Origin: Naegleria gruberi
Lineage: Eukaryota
Assembly: GCA_000004985.1 (NCBI GenBank)
Contig: GG738865.1
Strand: one strand, 5' to 3'
DNA length: 64,000 nucleotides
Shown one piece after another: positions 35,954 through 46,330 of this stretch. Position 1 is the stretch's first letter. Each line of letters begins with the position of its first letter. Below the pieces are notes generated by a model. That model saw nothing but the letters and a program-made list of their open reading frames with translations, searched no databases and was not told where the DNA came from. The translations under genes were made by a program, and so were the position numbers.

Positions 35954-37609
35954 TTGAACAAAAAAATGGAAGAATCAGCATTGTTGTCATACGTTCATAC
36001 TCACGGAGCCATCGAAAATTCTGTTGAGTTCGCCCAATCACACAATATTGACCACCAACAATTCTATGGTCAAATCAACAGTTTATCGCTTGCTAATATT
36101 TTGGTTCTTGAAAAGAGAGAATGTACATCTGCTTTACCAAGCACCGAAGGTTTGCAAATTTTAAATCAAGGACAATCAGCTGAAATTAAATTACTTGCTG
36201 CTCTCATCAATTCTCCTGATGGTGTTGATAAGAATGTTTTACAACAACAATTAGGTGATAATTATCTTCCAGCCTTCAAGGCTTGTATGAAGAACAAGTG
36301 GATTTCACAAGAAAAAGGTTCTGATATTTTGAAAAAGTCTGCCACTGTTAGCGAATTACCAAAGGATGTTGTTGTTGATCAATTGAAAATTATTTCTGCT
36401 TCCGGATTTGTTTTCCTCGAATTAGAAAAGCAAAAGGGAAAGAGTCTTGAAGATTTAAAGACTATCGAATTTGCTAACTTGAAAGTCCAAGATGATAAAG
36501 ATCCAAGATATACTGAATTGAAGAAGGCCTGTATTGAACAAGGAAAATGTATCAATTCTAATGATTTCACTGAATTGAAATCAAGAAAACTTGTTAAAGT
36601 TGAAACTATCAAGTTCTTCTATGTTTCAAAGGGTACTGAATTTGCTCTTGAAAGAAAGAAACAAGAAACTGATTTGACAACTCAAATGATCTTGTCTAAT
36701 GAATGGCAGAATGCTTCTTTCAAGGAATACAATTTCAAGGCTACTGGTAAGAGAAATGAAAATGGTTATCTTCACACTTTGTTGAAGGTCAGAACTGAAT
36801 TCCGTAAGGTTTTCCTTGAACTTGGCTTTGAAGAAATGGCCACTAATAATTTTGTTGAAAGCTCTTTCTGGAACTTTGACGCCTTGTTCCAACCTCAACA
36901 ACACCCTGCTCGTGATGCTCACGACACTTTCTTCTTGGAAAATCCAAAACAATGTATTTCATTGCCAACTGATGGATATCTTGAAGATGTTAAGAAAATT
37001 CACGAAGAAGGAGGTTTTGGATCTATTGGTTACAGATATGACTGGAAGGTTGAAGAATCAAAGAAGAATCTTCTCCGTACTCACACAACTGCTGTCAGTA
37101 CTCGTTATTTGAGAAAACTCGGAGAAGAATTAAGCAATGGTGCCGAATTCAAGCCAAGAAAATATTTCTCAATTGATCGTGTTTTCCGTAATGAAGCTCC
37201 TGATGCTACTCACTTGTGTGAATTCCACCAAATTGAAGGTATGGTCATCGATAAGGGTTTAACTCTTGGTGACATGATTGGACTTTTCCGTGTTTTCTTT
37301 GCCAAGATTGGTATTACTGATTTGAAATTCAAACCTGCTTTTAACCCATATACAGAACCATCCATGGAAATCTTTGGTTATCACCCAATGCTCAAGAAAT
37401 GGGTTGAAGTTGGTAACTCTGGTATGTTCAGACCTGAAATGCTCCGACCAATGGGACTTCCAGAAGATGTTACTGTTTTGGCTTGGGGTCTCTCACTGGA
37501 AAGACCAACCATGATCAAATATTCTGTTGATAACATCAGAGATTTGGTTGGCCACAAGGTTGATCTTGGTGGTGTTCAAAAGAATCCAATTTGTCGTCTT
37601 AATAAGTAA
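35954..37609 (+). CDS. FARSA: Phenylalanyl-tRNA synthetase alpha subunit, cytoplasmic type (551 aa).
   Basis: Class II aminoacyl-tRNA synthetase catalytic core with motif 2 FRNEAPDATHLCEFHQIEG and motif 3 GLSLERPTMIKY, plus the N-terminal winged-helix region typical of eukaryotic FARSA. Start context CAAAAAAATG. Single exon. Confidence 0.93.
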   Translation: MNKKMEESALLSYVHTHGAIENSVEFAQSHNIDHQQFYGQINSLSLANILVLEKRECTSALPSTEGLQILNQGQSAEIKLLAALINSPDGVDKNVLQQQLGDNYLPAFKACMKNKWISQEKGSDILKKSATVSELPKDVVVDQLKIISASGFVFLELEKQKGKSLEDLKTIEFANLKVQDDKDPRYTELKKACIEQGKCINSNDFTELKSRKLVKVETIKFFYVSKGTEFALERKKQETDLTTQMILSNEWQNASFKEYNFKATGKRNENGYLHTLLKVRTEFRKVFLELGFEEMATNNFVESSFWNFDALFQPQQHPARDAHDTFFLENPKQCISLPTDGYLEDVKKIHEEGGFGSIGYRYDWKVEESKKNLLRTHTTAVSTRYLRKLGEELSNGAEFKPRKYFSIDRVFRNEAPDATHLCEFHQIEGMVIDKGLTLGDMIGLFRVFFAKIGITDLKFKPAFNPYTEPSMEIFGYHPMLKKWVEVGNSGMFRPEMLRPMGLPEDVTVLAWGLSLERPTMIKYSVDNIRDLVGHKVDLGGVQKNPICRLNK

Positions 37610-37628
37610 ATTATTGTAAAATTTTAAT

Positions 37629-39641
37629 TCAATAGTTTAACAGATTATTAGCCGTTTGACTTCGTTTTTTGGAAGCAGCAAGATTGTTAATTCTTGGTTG
37701 AGTCACAGCTGGTTCAACCTTCTTGCTTAGTACTGCCAATTCATCTTGGTTCTTTACACTTTTACCCTTCTCTAACACAAAGAATAGAACATTTTTATCC
37801 AGAACCAATCTGGACATGGATTTGAGTAATAGCTTTTGAAGATCCAAAAACTTGGTTGTAATCAGATCATATGTTAATTGGGTCTTTTGTTCCTTATCTT
37901 GTACACCTTCTTCCGTAAGCGTCAATTCACCAAAATGTTTACCTAGATTAGGAATGCAACAGATTGAAAAATCTGATAGGGCTTTTTCATAAGTTTCCCT
38001 CAATTGTTTTGTATAATTAGCCGAGTTCATATCAGTACTAATGATTTGTTGCAATTTTTCGTATTCTTTTTTGGAGCTTTCACTAATTGAATCAAATGTT
38101 TGCTTCATTCTAAATACTGATCCATTTCTAATGGCAGAAGCTATAGCATAGAGAGCTCCATAATTTCCCACATTAGCACAGCACATTGCCAAGTTAATTA
38201 AATATTCCAAAACAGCTACTCTTCTTTCCAGTTGTTCTTCCTGTACAATCAAACTGGCAAACCATAGTGAGTATGTGTTGAAAAAATCAATATTGTCAAT
38301 AATATTTGGACATTGATACTTTTTCCTACTCTTTGTCCAATTGGCTCCAAATAATTCTTGAGGCTCAATCCTCAAAAACAATCTTCCAAACAAGTAGGAG
38401 AGATGCGAAACAAATGATTTGGTTTCTATCTGAGTGATACATTCAATCAGTTTGCTTGAACGACTCATTTTCTGTTGGATTGTTCTTTCCACTGCTGTCA
38501 ACATTTGTGAATATGAGAAGGTTGAGTTTGTTCGGGAAACAAACTTTTCAAGATCGAAATTATCGCCTAGGGTTTGGGAAATACGTTTCAATTTCCCTTC
38601 GTTACTTCTAATGAATGTTCTTAATGTACATGTAAGTTTAGTGTAGGCTTGAACTCCCTCTAGATCAAATTTCGTATAGTAGAGGTAGTACTTCTGAAGC
38701 CAATGTTTAAGTGCTCGATAGGCATTGGCTTTTGTTTCTGTTACTTTATCATCTGATGAGGACAGCCAAGAAGAAAGGCAGGTGAAAAACTGACCTGATG
38801 ATATTCCCATATTTTGATACATTAAGCAAATCTTATCAATTGGTTTTAAATTGTCAGATGTTGCAGCATTAATATATCTCAATACAGTTTCAGTATGAAT
38901 AGGCTTGGATAATTCCAATTCTAATGAATCAAGATTTGACAAATCCAGTGTATCTTCATTGATTAATCCAAGTTTTTCATTGATGATTGCAGAATTTGTT
39001 TTGATTGCAGCTGATAATAGTACATTCTCCAAATCAAAGTTACTTCTCAAGACTTTCAACTCTAGATTTGTTGATGGATTTTTAACCTTCTCGAAATGAG
39101 AAGTAAACATTGTTCTATGGTAAGGAAATTCAGTGATTGATAATTGTTCCAATTCCTTTTCGGTTTTACCAATATATTGTGTTACTAATTCTTGATCCAC
39201 ATTCGATTCAAGTTCCTTAGATACAGAAAATTGGTTTTTAACTGGCGTAAATCCCTCCAATTCGAGTTGTTCTCTGTGTTTTTCCATACGAAGAATTTCA
39301 GCACTCTTACTTAAACCCTTCTCACGTAAATACTTTTCAAAAAGTAAGAGTAATATACTTCTCCGTTCCTCATCAACTTCCGATAATTTCTTCTTACTTC
39401 CTCCCTTCTGACTTAATAGTTGCTGTTCAGCTTTAATTTTCAGAGAGACCAACGATTCAAACTCTTCCAAAGCTTGTCCAGAAACCCTCACTTCCTCATC
39501 AATTTCTGTTAGATGTTCATGTGAATTTCTTCCTTGTTGCTGATGAGCATTTCCACTCCTCGACACTGTTGCCGAGGAGCAATTATTATCACTCTTTTTA
39601 TCGGGATGATTTCCCGTCAATGGTGATTGTGCTTGGACCAT
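37629..39641 (-). CDS. Ras guanine-nucleotide exchange factor (CDC25-homology RasGEF domain protein, 670 aa).
   Basis: The C-terminal catalytic domain has RasGEF signatures: NYGALYAIASAIRNGSVFRMKQTF, ICCIPNLGKHFGELTLTEEG (compare PCIPYLGxYLTDLTFIEEG). An upstream REM-like helical region and an N-terminal Gln/His-rich low-complexity segment precede it. Start context TAAAAAAATG. Its stop is only 19 bp from the FARSA stop (convergent). Confidence 0.8.
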   Translation of the reverse strand: MVQAQSPLTGNHPDKKSDNNCSSATVSRSGNAHQQQGRNSHEHLTEIDEEVRVSGQALEEFESLVSLKIKAEQQLLSQKGGSKKKLSEVDEERRSILLLLFEKYLREKGLSKSAEILRMEKHREQLELEGFTPVKNQFSVSKELESNVDQELVTQYIGKTEKELEQLSITEFPYHRTMFTSHFEKVKNPSTNLELKVLRSNFDLENVLLSAAIKTNSAIINEKLGLINEDTLDLSNLDSLELELSKPIHTETVLRYINAATSDNLKPIDKICLMYQNMGISSGQFFTCLSSWLSSSDDKVTETKANAYRALKHWLQKYYLYYTKFDLEGVQAYTKLTCTLRTFIRSNEGKLKRISQTLGDNFDLEKFVSRTNSTFSYSQMLTAVERTIQQKMSRSSKLIECITQIETKSFVSHLSYLFGRLFLRIEPQELFGANWTKSRKKYQCPNIIDNIDFFNTYSLWFASLIVQEEQLERRVAVLEYLINLAMCCANVGNYGALYAIASAIRNGSVFRMKQTFDSISESSKKEYEKLQQIISTDMNSANYTKQLRETYEKALSDFSICCIPNLGKHFGELTLTEEGVQDKEQKTQLTYDLITTKFLDLQKLLLKSMSRLVLDKNVLFFVLEKGKSVKNQDELAVLSKKVEPAVTQPRINNLAASKKRSQTANNLLNY

Positions 39642-39767
39642 TTTTTTAAGGGAGAATACTAAGGAACATGTGGAGTGAGTGGTAAATCCAAATACTCTAG
39701 CTTTCTTAAAGGGAGAGATTCTGAAAGTGTATTGTGGGAGGATAATGAAGAGAGAGTGGATGAGAAT

Positions 39768-40475
39768 TTATTGAACAAATACCAACCATCCTAAGAAGAT
39801 ATAGTACAGAATGACAGGGTACATGCTGAGAAGTTTTCTATTCTTCTTAACGCTGTGTGTCAAGACCAATGTTGAGGTTATGCAACACCACACCACACAA
39901 CACAAGACAATAAAGAATCGAATAGTGAATGATTGGAGGAAAATGAATGCAATACTACATAACACTAATGGGAATACACAATATCCCAAAACACACACAC
40001 TTTGGAAAAAGCTAATTGTTCCTCCTAATAATTGTCCATTCAATGTAAGAATACCACTTCCAAGCCAAATAATTACAAAAACACCTCCAAAGGCAGCTCC
40101 TTTTTGTGATTCTTTGGCACTAAATCCTAAAGTAAAAGCAAGAAGAATACACAAAAGTAAAGGACCCCACAAATCCCAATTTTTCAATTCTCTATGAATT
40201 CTTTGCTCATCGTTAACAGGAACTAAAACAAGAGCGATCTTTCTTCCGATATTGGTCAAATCTCTCATGATCGTTTTTATAACAGGTTCATCAATTGTAT
40301 CCGATGTATCTTCATAATCATCAAAAAATCGATTACCATTTGTTGTTGTTGTATTTGTTGGTTGTTGTGTTTGATCCTCAGAGCCTAAAAGTGGGTTATG
40401 TTGAATATCCAATTCGTTTTGATGTCCTCCTGATGATGAGAATGGATCATCCTCCTGCATAAAAGCTTGAGACAT
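39768..40475 (-). CDS. Yip1-domain family membrane protein (YIPF6/Yip4-like, 235 aa).
   Basis: A hydrophilic N-terminus is followed by five hydrophobic helices. The motif DLTNIGRKIALVLVP...ELKNWDLWGPLLLC matches the conserved Yip1-family core (NIGRK...DLxxWDLWGPL). Confidence 0.7.
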   Translation of the reverse strand: MSQAFMQEDDPFSSSGGHQNELDIQHNPLLGSEDQTQQPTNTTTTNGNRFFDDYEDTSDTIDEPVIKTIMRDLTNIGRKIALVLVPVNDEQRIHRELKNWDLWGPLLLCILLAFTLGFSAKESQKGAAFGGVFVIIWLGSGILTLNGQLLGGTISFFQSVCVLGYCVFPLVLCSIAFIFLQSFTIRFFIVLCCVVWCCITSTLVLTHSVKKNRKLLSMYPVILYYIFLGWLVFVQ

Positions 40476-40679
40476 TTTTTAATAAAAATTAATTTTTAAA
40501 TAATAATAATAGAAGTCTAATTAGAACCTTTGTTTTTTGCCTTGTCAGCACGTCCAACCACAAATATTATTATTTTCAAAGATCTTTTCAGAATAATAAT
40601 AAATAAGAATTTAATATTCTTTTAATTAGGGCCTATTAACTTTCCGTTCAAATAACATATACTTTTCGATTCAAAAAAA

Positions 40680-43600
40680 ATGTACAGTGGTTCGCTTCCT
40701 CCTCACAAGATTGTCTATTTCGAGTCGAAGAGAAAAGTAACTGCCTATCCGTGGGGAATTACTAGTGGAGGTTCTTCTGGTAGTAGAGATCCATTGCAGT
40801 CTTTACGAGCAAGAATGGATTTGTTGAAGAGTCCGATCTTGGATTTGGAACTCTTCTCATGGAATGGTGCTGAGGTAGGTGCAGATTGTTGGATTCATCA
40901 ATTAACTTGATATTTAAAAAGGCTATGGAATATGAAAAAGCGGAACAAGCTAGGAAAAAGAAATATGCATCGTGTTTGCAATTAGTCAAACATATTTCTG
41001 GTTTACCAACAATTTCGGATGAGGATTTAAAAAACCCTGATTGGAGTTGTGAAAATGTAGAGCTGGTATTGTTGGAAAATGGGTTATTGGTAAAGGAAAA
41101 TGCAGTGAGTACGGTAGTGCAATCTGCATTTGTTGATGATAAATTTGTGGATCAGTTTATTGACTTTATGATTGATGAGTGGAAGGATCCAACACCTTCG
41201 GAATTAATTTATACATTGGTTTTATTTAAATCCAACAAAATTTTGAATAATTTATTGAAGAGAAGACACATAATGAGGATTTGTTATTTTGTCTTGACTT
41301 GCGAAACAACCCTAGATAATATTCAATTAGCTCTCCAACAATTTTTGGAGATGTATTACAGCATTTCTATCAATGTACTTTGTTCAATTCTTCATGATGA
41401 GCTCAGAAGGTTCAAAGATTTTAAACGTAATAATTATGATTTTGCAATAGAAATGAAATGTTTGGAATTAATTCTAGTGTTGCGAGTGAAATATCCAAGT
41501 GAGAGTATTGATTCCACACTTCAATCAATCCTCGTTTATTTATTAAGATTGGGCAATCAACAAGTTTCTAAAAAACTTTGCACTAGAGCTGTTGTGGCTC
41601 TGAAAGAAATGAAAGCCAAATCAAAAGAATCGTTCGGCGCTGTAAAAAAAGCTTTTGAAACAAAGTCAATTTCAACTAAAGTGGCTGGTACCCTTGCTGA
41701 ATATTGCCAAATAACGAATACAGAGAAATATTTGGAATCAAAGATTGATGAAAAGAAGGAGCTAGGAGAAAAGGCTATTGGAACTGGTACTGATGTTGAG
41801 GATTTTATTCAAGACATTGATGTAGATCCATCTATTTATTCTATTGATGAAATGAAAAAGCATTTGGATGCTACCATTCTCAAAAATGCAACTCCCTATA
41901 TCCACTCCCAATTCATCAAGAAGCACTATGGTACTATACACCACCAAGAAGTTGAGGAGGAAAAGGAATTTCAATATTTGGCCAAAGCTATTATTCGAGT
42001 ATGTTCATGTCTAATTTTTTACTTTTTAATAACACAGTTAATTTGAAACTAACAGTTCAGAAATTATGGCACTAGAAAGATGGCACTTCTTTCCAATAAG
42101 ATGATGTACGACAATATTGATACAAGTGATTTGAAGGATTTCTCAACCCAGACTTTCAAAAGAAACCAATCATCTGACTATTTTAATTATCTAGTTCAAG
42201 ATCTTGCACCAATAATGGAATATCTAAATAGAGAGAAAATGTCACTCGGATATGATGCCATGTACATTCTTGGTGTTTGTTGTGAATATAGAGGAATGGT
42301 TGTGGAAAAGTTTTCACACAATTCATGGTGCATCAAACCAATTTATACTTATCTTATTGATAGTGGTATCTTTCAAAGAATTGAGGAGATTATTTTGAAA
42401 CATCTGAAAGGTCCACCAAGAGAACATGAAGATGATCGTATTGTCAGATTACAATACATTTGTGAAGCAATACGACTGGCTTCTGAACTATTTAATTCAA
42501 TGAAGAATAATAGAGAAATTAGCAGAGTTTCTCACATTTTGGAAACTTCTAAATTCTTTGAATACTTAATTTATTGCTTGTATGAATTTAGGGAAGAGGA
42601 AATTATGCTCAAGACCATTGAACCTTGTTTTGCATATGCTGCAGAATGTAGACAGGAAGTAGGTATATGTCTCATCTATAAAAAGTACCTGCTGGCCCAA
42701 ATCACCCAAATGTTTAACTATGCCATCCTCCTGCCTGAAACAACAAGTGATGAAAAGGTTGATTTAACCACAACCATGACTGTAATTATTAGAACACTGT
42801 ATGACATTGCCAAACCAACTGCATCTAAGGTCAATGGATCCCTTTTAAAGGGTCAGAGAAGATTACTAGCACCAATGCTTGGTTGTGGAATTTTTTCCAA
42901 ATTGGCTTCATTTCTCAAAGAAAAACAAGGAATGCTAACAGGATTTGCTGTCTCAGCCATGAACGATGACAGAGATCCACGATACCACTGGATTGCAGAA
43001 CTCGTTACTATCATGTCTTATTATTCGAGATATCCACCAATGAGAAAATGCTTTTATGAAAACAATTATGAAATTTTCACAATTTTACTATCCAAAGTAA
43101 TATTCTCACTTAATGAGGTTTTCAAGAGCAAATCTAAAAATCAGAATAGAAAGCTTCACTTCCCTAATGTTTCTGGCTCTTCCTTCCTTAATGGGTTGTC
43201 TCTTGTGAATCGTTTGTTGTGGGACCGTGAGACTAGGAAATTCATGAGCGCAAATGAAAAGAACAGATCATCTGTTAATGGATCTACTAAGCTGGAAGAC
43301 TTATGTTTTTATTGGATTAATTATTTTGTACAGAGAGTGAAAAATTCAGAAACACTAACTCAAAGTGATTTACTTGTTTGGGGAAGATCCTATTTCCTCT
43401 TGTCTAGTTTAATGATAGAAGAAGATTTCCGTTCATACCTTGCAACCAATACTCAGATTGTGGAATTACTCATGGATACAATAAGTATCAAAGCTAGGCG
43501 ATTAACTACTGATGTAAAGAACTCTTCCTGTAAATGCATAATGATATTATTGAAGGAACCAAAGGCAGCTGAAAAAATGGAGGTTGACAAGATTTTGAAA

Positions 43601-44392
43601 TTTGTCAACTCTGAATTCAAAAACGAAACAACAACACGACTCATCGCTCCGGAGAATGAAATTGAAACAAATGTACTCCTAGGTCTGTTGTATGATATGT
43701 TTGAAAGTCGAATTGGAGAGGATGCAAAACAACTCATCAAGGCCAAATATCCTCTATTAGCTCCTCAAATCAAGGAAATTGGCAAGTGCAACACTTGTGG
43801 AAAAGGCTCTAGTTCAGAATCATCCTTAAAGCGTTGCTCTGCCTGTAATTCTGTAAGATATTGCAGTGTTGGTATGTTATTTTTATTGTATTTAATCTTC
43901 GATTCATTAACAATACTTTTCAATACATTTGTGGAAATAGAATGTCAGAAAAAGGATTGGAAAAATCATAAGGAAAAATGTAAAAAGATACAGGAAGAAT
44001 CGAAACAAACAATAGCAACAGCGCTACAAAAAGTCTACTCTGCAGACAAGTTGAAAACTAAGGGAAATAACGCCTACAAAGAGAATGACTTTAAGAGAGC
44101 TATCAATTACTATGGTCGTGCTCTCTTGCAAGAAGATGCAAAAGATATGAAACACATTCTCAATTTGAACATTGCACAGAGCTACTTTATGATTCATGAC
44201 TATGAACAGAGTATGAAATATGCTGATTTGGCTTTGGAAATTGATCCATCCTACATCAAAGCCATTCACAGAAAGGCAATCTGTTTGAAAATGCTCAACC
44301 GAAACAGTGAGGCACTATCGGTGGCAAACAAAGGACTTTCACTATCACCATCAGAAAAACAATTACAGGATTTGGTTGCTTCACTCAAATAA
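40680..44392 (+). CDS. MYND zinc-finger + TPR-repeat protein, about 1179 aa. Model: join(40680..40874, 40922..41998, 42056..43871, 43941..44392); introns 40875..40921 (47 nt), 41999..42055 (57 nt) and 43872..43940 (69 nt).
   Basis: Three listed ORFs are linked by GTAGGT...AAAAG, GTATGT...CTAACAG and GTATGT...AAATAG introns, all phase-consistent (0, 0, 1). Removing the third intron restores a canonical MYND finger, CNTCGKGSSSESSLKRCSACNSVRYCSVECQKKDWKNHKEKC. The C-terminus has at least three TPR repeats (KTKGNNAYKENDFKRAINYYGRALL..., AQSYFMIHDYEQSMKYADLALEIDP, IKAIHRKAICLKMLNRNSEAL). The first exon starts at CAAAAAAAATG. The first intron is the least certain; an alternative start is ATG 40925. 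Confidence 0.65.
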
Positions 44393-44460
44393 AACCAACC
44401 ACCACTATTCTGTCCGACCAGACCATACTTTACAAGATAACACAGGTCAACCTGAAAAAA

Positions 44461-45609
44461 ATGTCAACACCAAAATTCTTGTTGATAATCACAGCTTTTC
44501 TTTTATTCCAATCAACTGTCCAATTATCACACAGTAGAATATCACTGAACGATGGGATCAAGAAACCAGCATCACTCTCCAATAATTTTCTCTGCTCCGA
44601 TAATGAAACACTCGATATGCAATCCGATGCTTTCCAATGGAGAAAGTCAGAGAATCGTTTGCTGAGTTCCTACTATAGAGAGTGGTGGTTTTTTGCCACC
44701 TATGATCCCAAGGCAGATGTTGGCTTCTGTATGGGATACAATGTACAAGATCCGCTCAGAACATTCAACAAGGAAAGATCATCAATGGCTGGAATGATAT
44801 GGCCATCTGTCCAGAAACAGCAGAAGGTCATTGATGTGGAGGATTACTTTACTCTCGATGATTTTAAAGCCAATGAACATAACGCCAGTATGCAAATTAC
44901 TCCAAACAATTACATTCAAGTATTGGATAGTGAAAATTATGTAATTGTTGGCTCTTCACATAATGTCAAGTGGTGGCTTCAATTCACACAAACTTGCTAT
45001 GCCTGTCGAGAGGTTATTCAAGTTCCTGAAGTGATTCAGTTGGATTGGATATCATATATGCCTGCTGCAAAAGTTAAGGGAATCATTCAGATTGATGGTA
45101 GAAATATTTCCATTGATACAATTGGTTATCACGATCATAATTATGGTAGTTGGCCAGCCTCACTCTTTGATTGGATTTGGTCACAATTTAATCATGCAGA
45201 GAGTGATTTGGCTATTGTGACTGGCTCTTACAAATTGCCTCTCACTTCAGAATCTGTTGGATATGCATTCATTCGATTCAGAGGGAAGAGAATTAAAATT
45301 GGAACCTTGTGTGCAAATTCATTTGAGCTCATTCCTCTCGAGTGGAAGAATTTCAATGGAAAGATGTATTGTGTTCGTGCACAAGTGAAAACTCACAACA
45401 AGGATTGGAAACTTGAAATGGAATATCGTGCTCAAGTAAGTGATAGAAATCCAGGAGATAGAGGATTGGGACTTTTCGTTTATGAGCAAATTTCACACTT
45501 TTCAGTTCAACTCTATGAGAAAGTTTCGAATGAATGGAAAGTGGCAGCCAACGTGACTGGATATGGATTTAGTGAATGGACCGATTTGAAATATTTTAAT
45601 AAGCCATAA
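44461..45609 (+). CDS. Secreted hypothetical protein with an N-terminal signal peptide (382 aa); no confident family assignment.
   Basis: Single ORF with start context GAAAAAAATG. The N-terminus MSTPKFLLIITAFLLFQSTVQLSHS looks like a cleavable signal peptide. The mature part is Trp/Tyr-rich and not low-complexity (GYHDHNYGSWPASLFDWIW). It starts only 68 bp after the upstream gene's stop. Confidence 0.5.
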   Translation: MSTPKFLLIITAFLLFQSTVQLSHSRISLNDGIKKPASLSNNFLCSDNETLDMQSDAFQWRKSENRLLSSYYREWWFFATYDPKADVGFCMGYNVQDPLRTFNKERSSMAGMIWPSVQKQQKVIDVEDYFTLDDFKANEHNASMQITPNNYIQVLDSENYVIVGSSHNVKWWLQFTQTCYACREVIQVPEVIQLDWISYMPAAKVKGIIQIDGRNISIDTIGYHDHNYGSWPASLFDWIWSQFNHAESDLAIVTGSYKLPLTSESVGYAFIRFRGKRIKIGTLCANSFELIPLEWKNFNGKMYCVRAQVKTHNKDWKLEMEYRAQVSDRNPGDRGLGLFVYEQISHFSVQLYEKVSNEWKVAANVTGYGFSEWTDLKYFNKP

Positions 45610-45976
45610 GGCCTTTTTCCTCAGTAACAGATAATCTATTATCTACCCCAACAACTGGTAAATTTACTAATACAAGGCAGATTTTTATTGAACTAGGCAT
45701 CTATGGAATATTTCAATTGTTTAATAGGAGACATGAATTTTCAATCGTTGTATCACATACACAGAGACGCTGGATTTGTGGATAACATTCAACATGAACG
45801 ACTCTTCGAATATTCTTCCCAATTTTCCTAGATGCGCTCATCAAAAGCTGTTGGGTTTCGAATAGATATTGTTTTTCTCATTCTCCATAACAGCAACAAC
45901 ACATGTTTGTCTTTCAGTTGTTACCCAAACAACAATGAATCAACAGCAGGAAAATTCAAGTAACAACAATTCGTTT

Positions 45977-45988
45977 ACCGCCAATAAT
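45977..45988. promoter_or_regulatory. ACCGCCAATAAT, a GC-flanked CCAAT-like box in the intergenic region upstream of the lipase gene.
   Basis: It shares the CCGCCAAT core with 11441..11454, 11596..11610 and 21812..21827. It sits inside a 60-codon ORF (45869..46051) that is probably not coding. Confidence 0.25.
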
Positions 45989-46330
45989 CCAACGTTATTC
46001 AATTTTACAATCGAAAAAATTGCCTCAACACAAACCACCACCACTCAATAATAACCGTTTATTGATTTAACAGAAAAGAAGTTGTACTAGTTTGTGGTTA
46101 CCTTTTTTGAGCTTTATCCCCAACAAACAATTTGAATTTAATACCTTCCGAGAGAATTTCCAATTGTTTGTTTTTTTGATATCTTTTCTCAATAGTCCTC
46201 ATCACACACAACAATAATAACAACGCCCACAGTGTTAATAGTAGAATTCGTGGTAGTAGATCATATTATTGAGAATTTGATTTCAATTATAAAGAAAGAA
46301 ATAATAACTTTCGGAGAGAAAATATAGAAC

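Noticed and set aside
45869-46051. 60-aa ORF (MFFSFSITATTHVCLSVVTQTTMNQQQENSSNNNSFTANNPTLFNFTIEKIASTQTTTTQ) in the lipase upstream region.
   Set aside because: It is short and low-complexity (Asn/Thr/Gln-rich), has no start context, and overlaps a CCGCCAAT promoter-like element. It is more likely non-coding promoter DNA.
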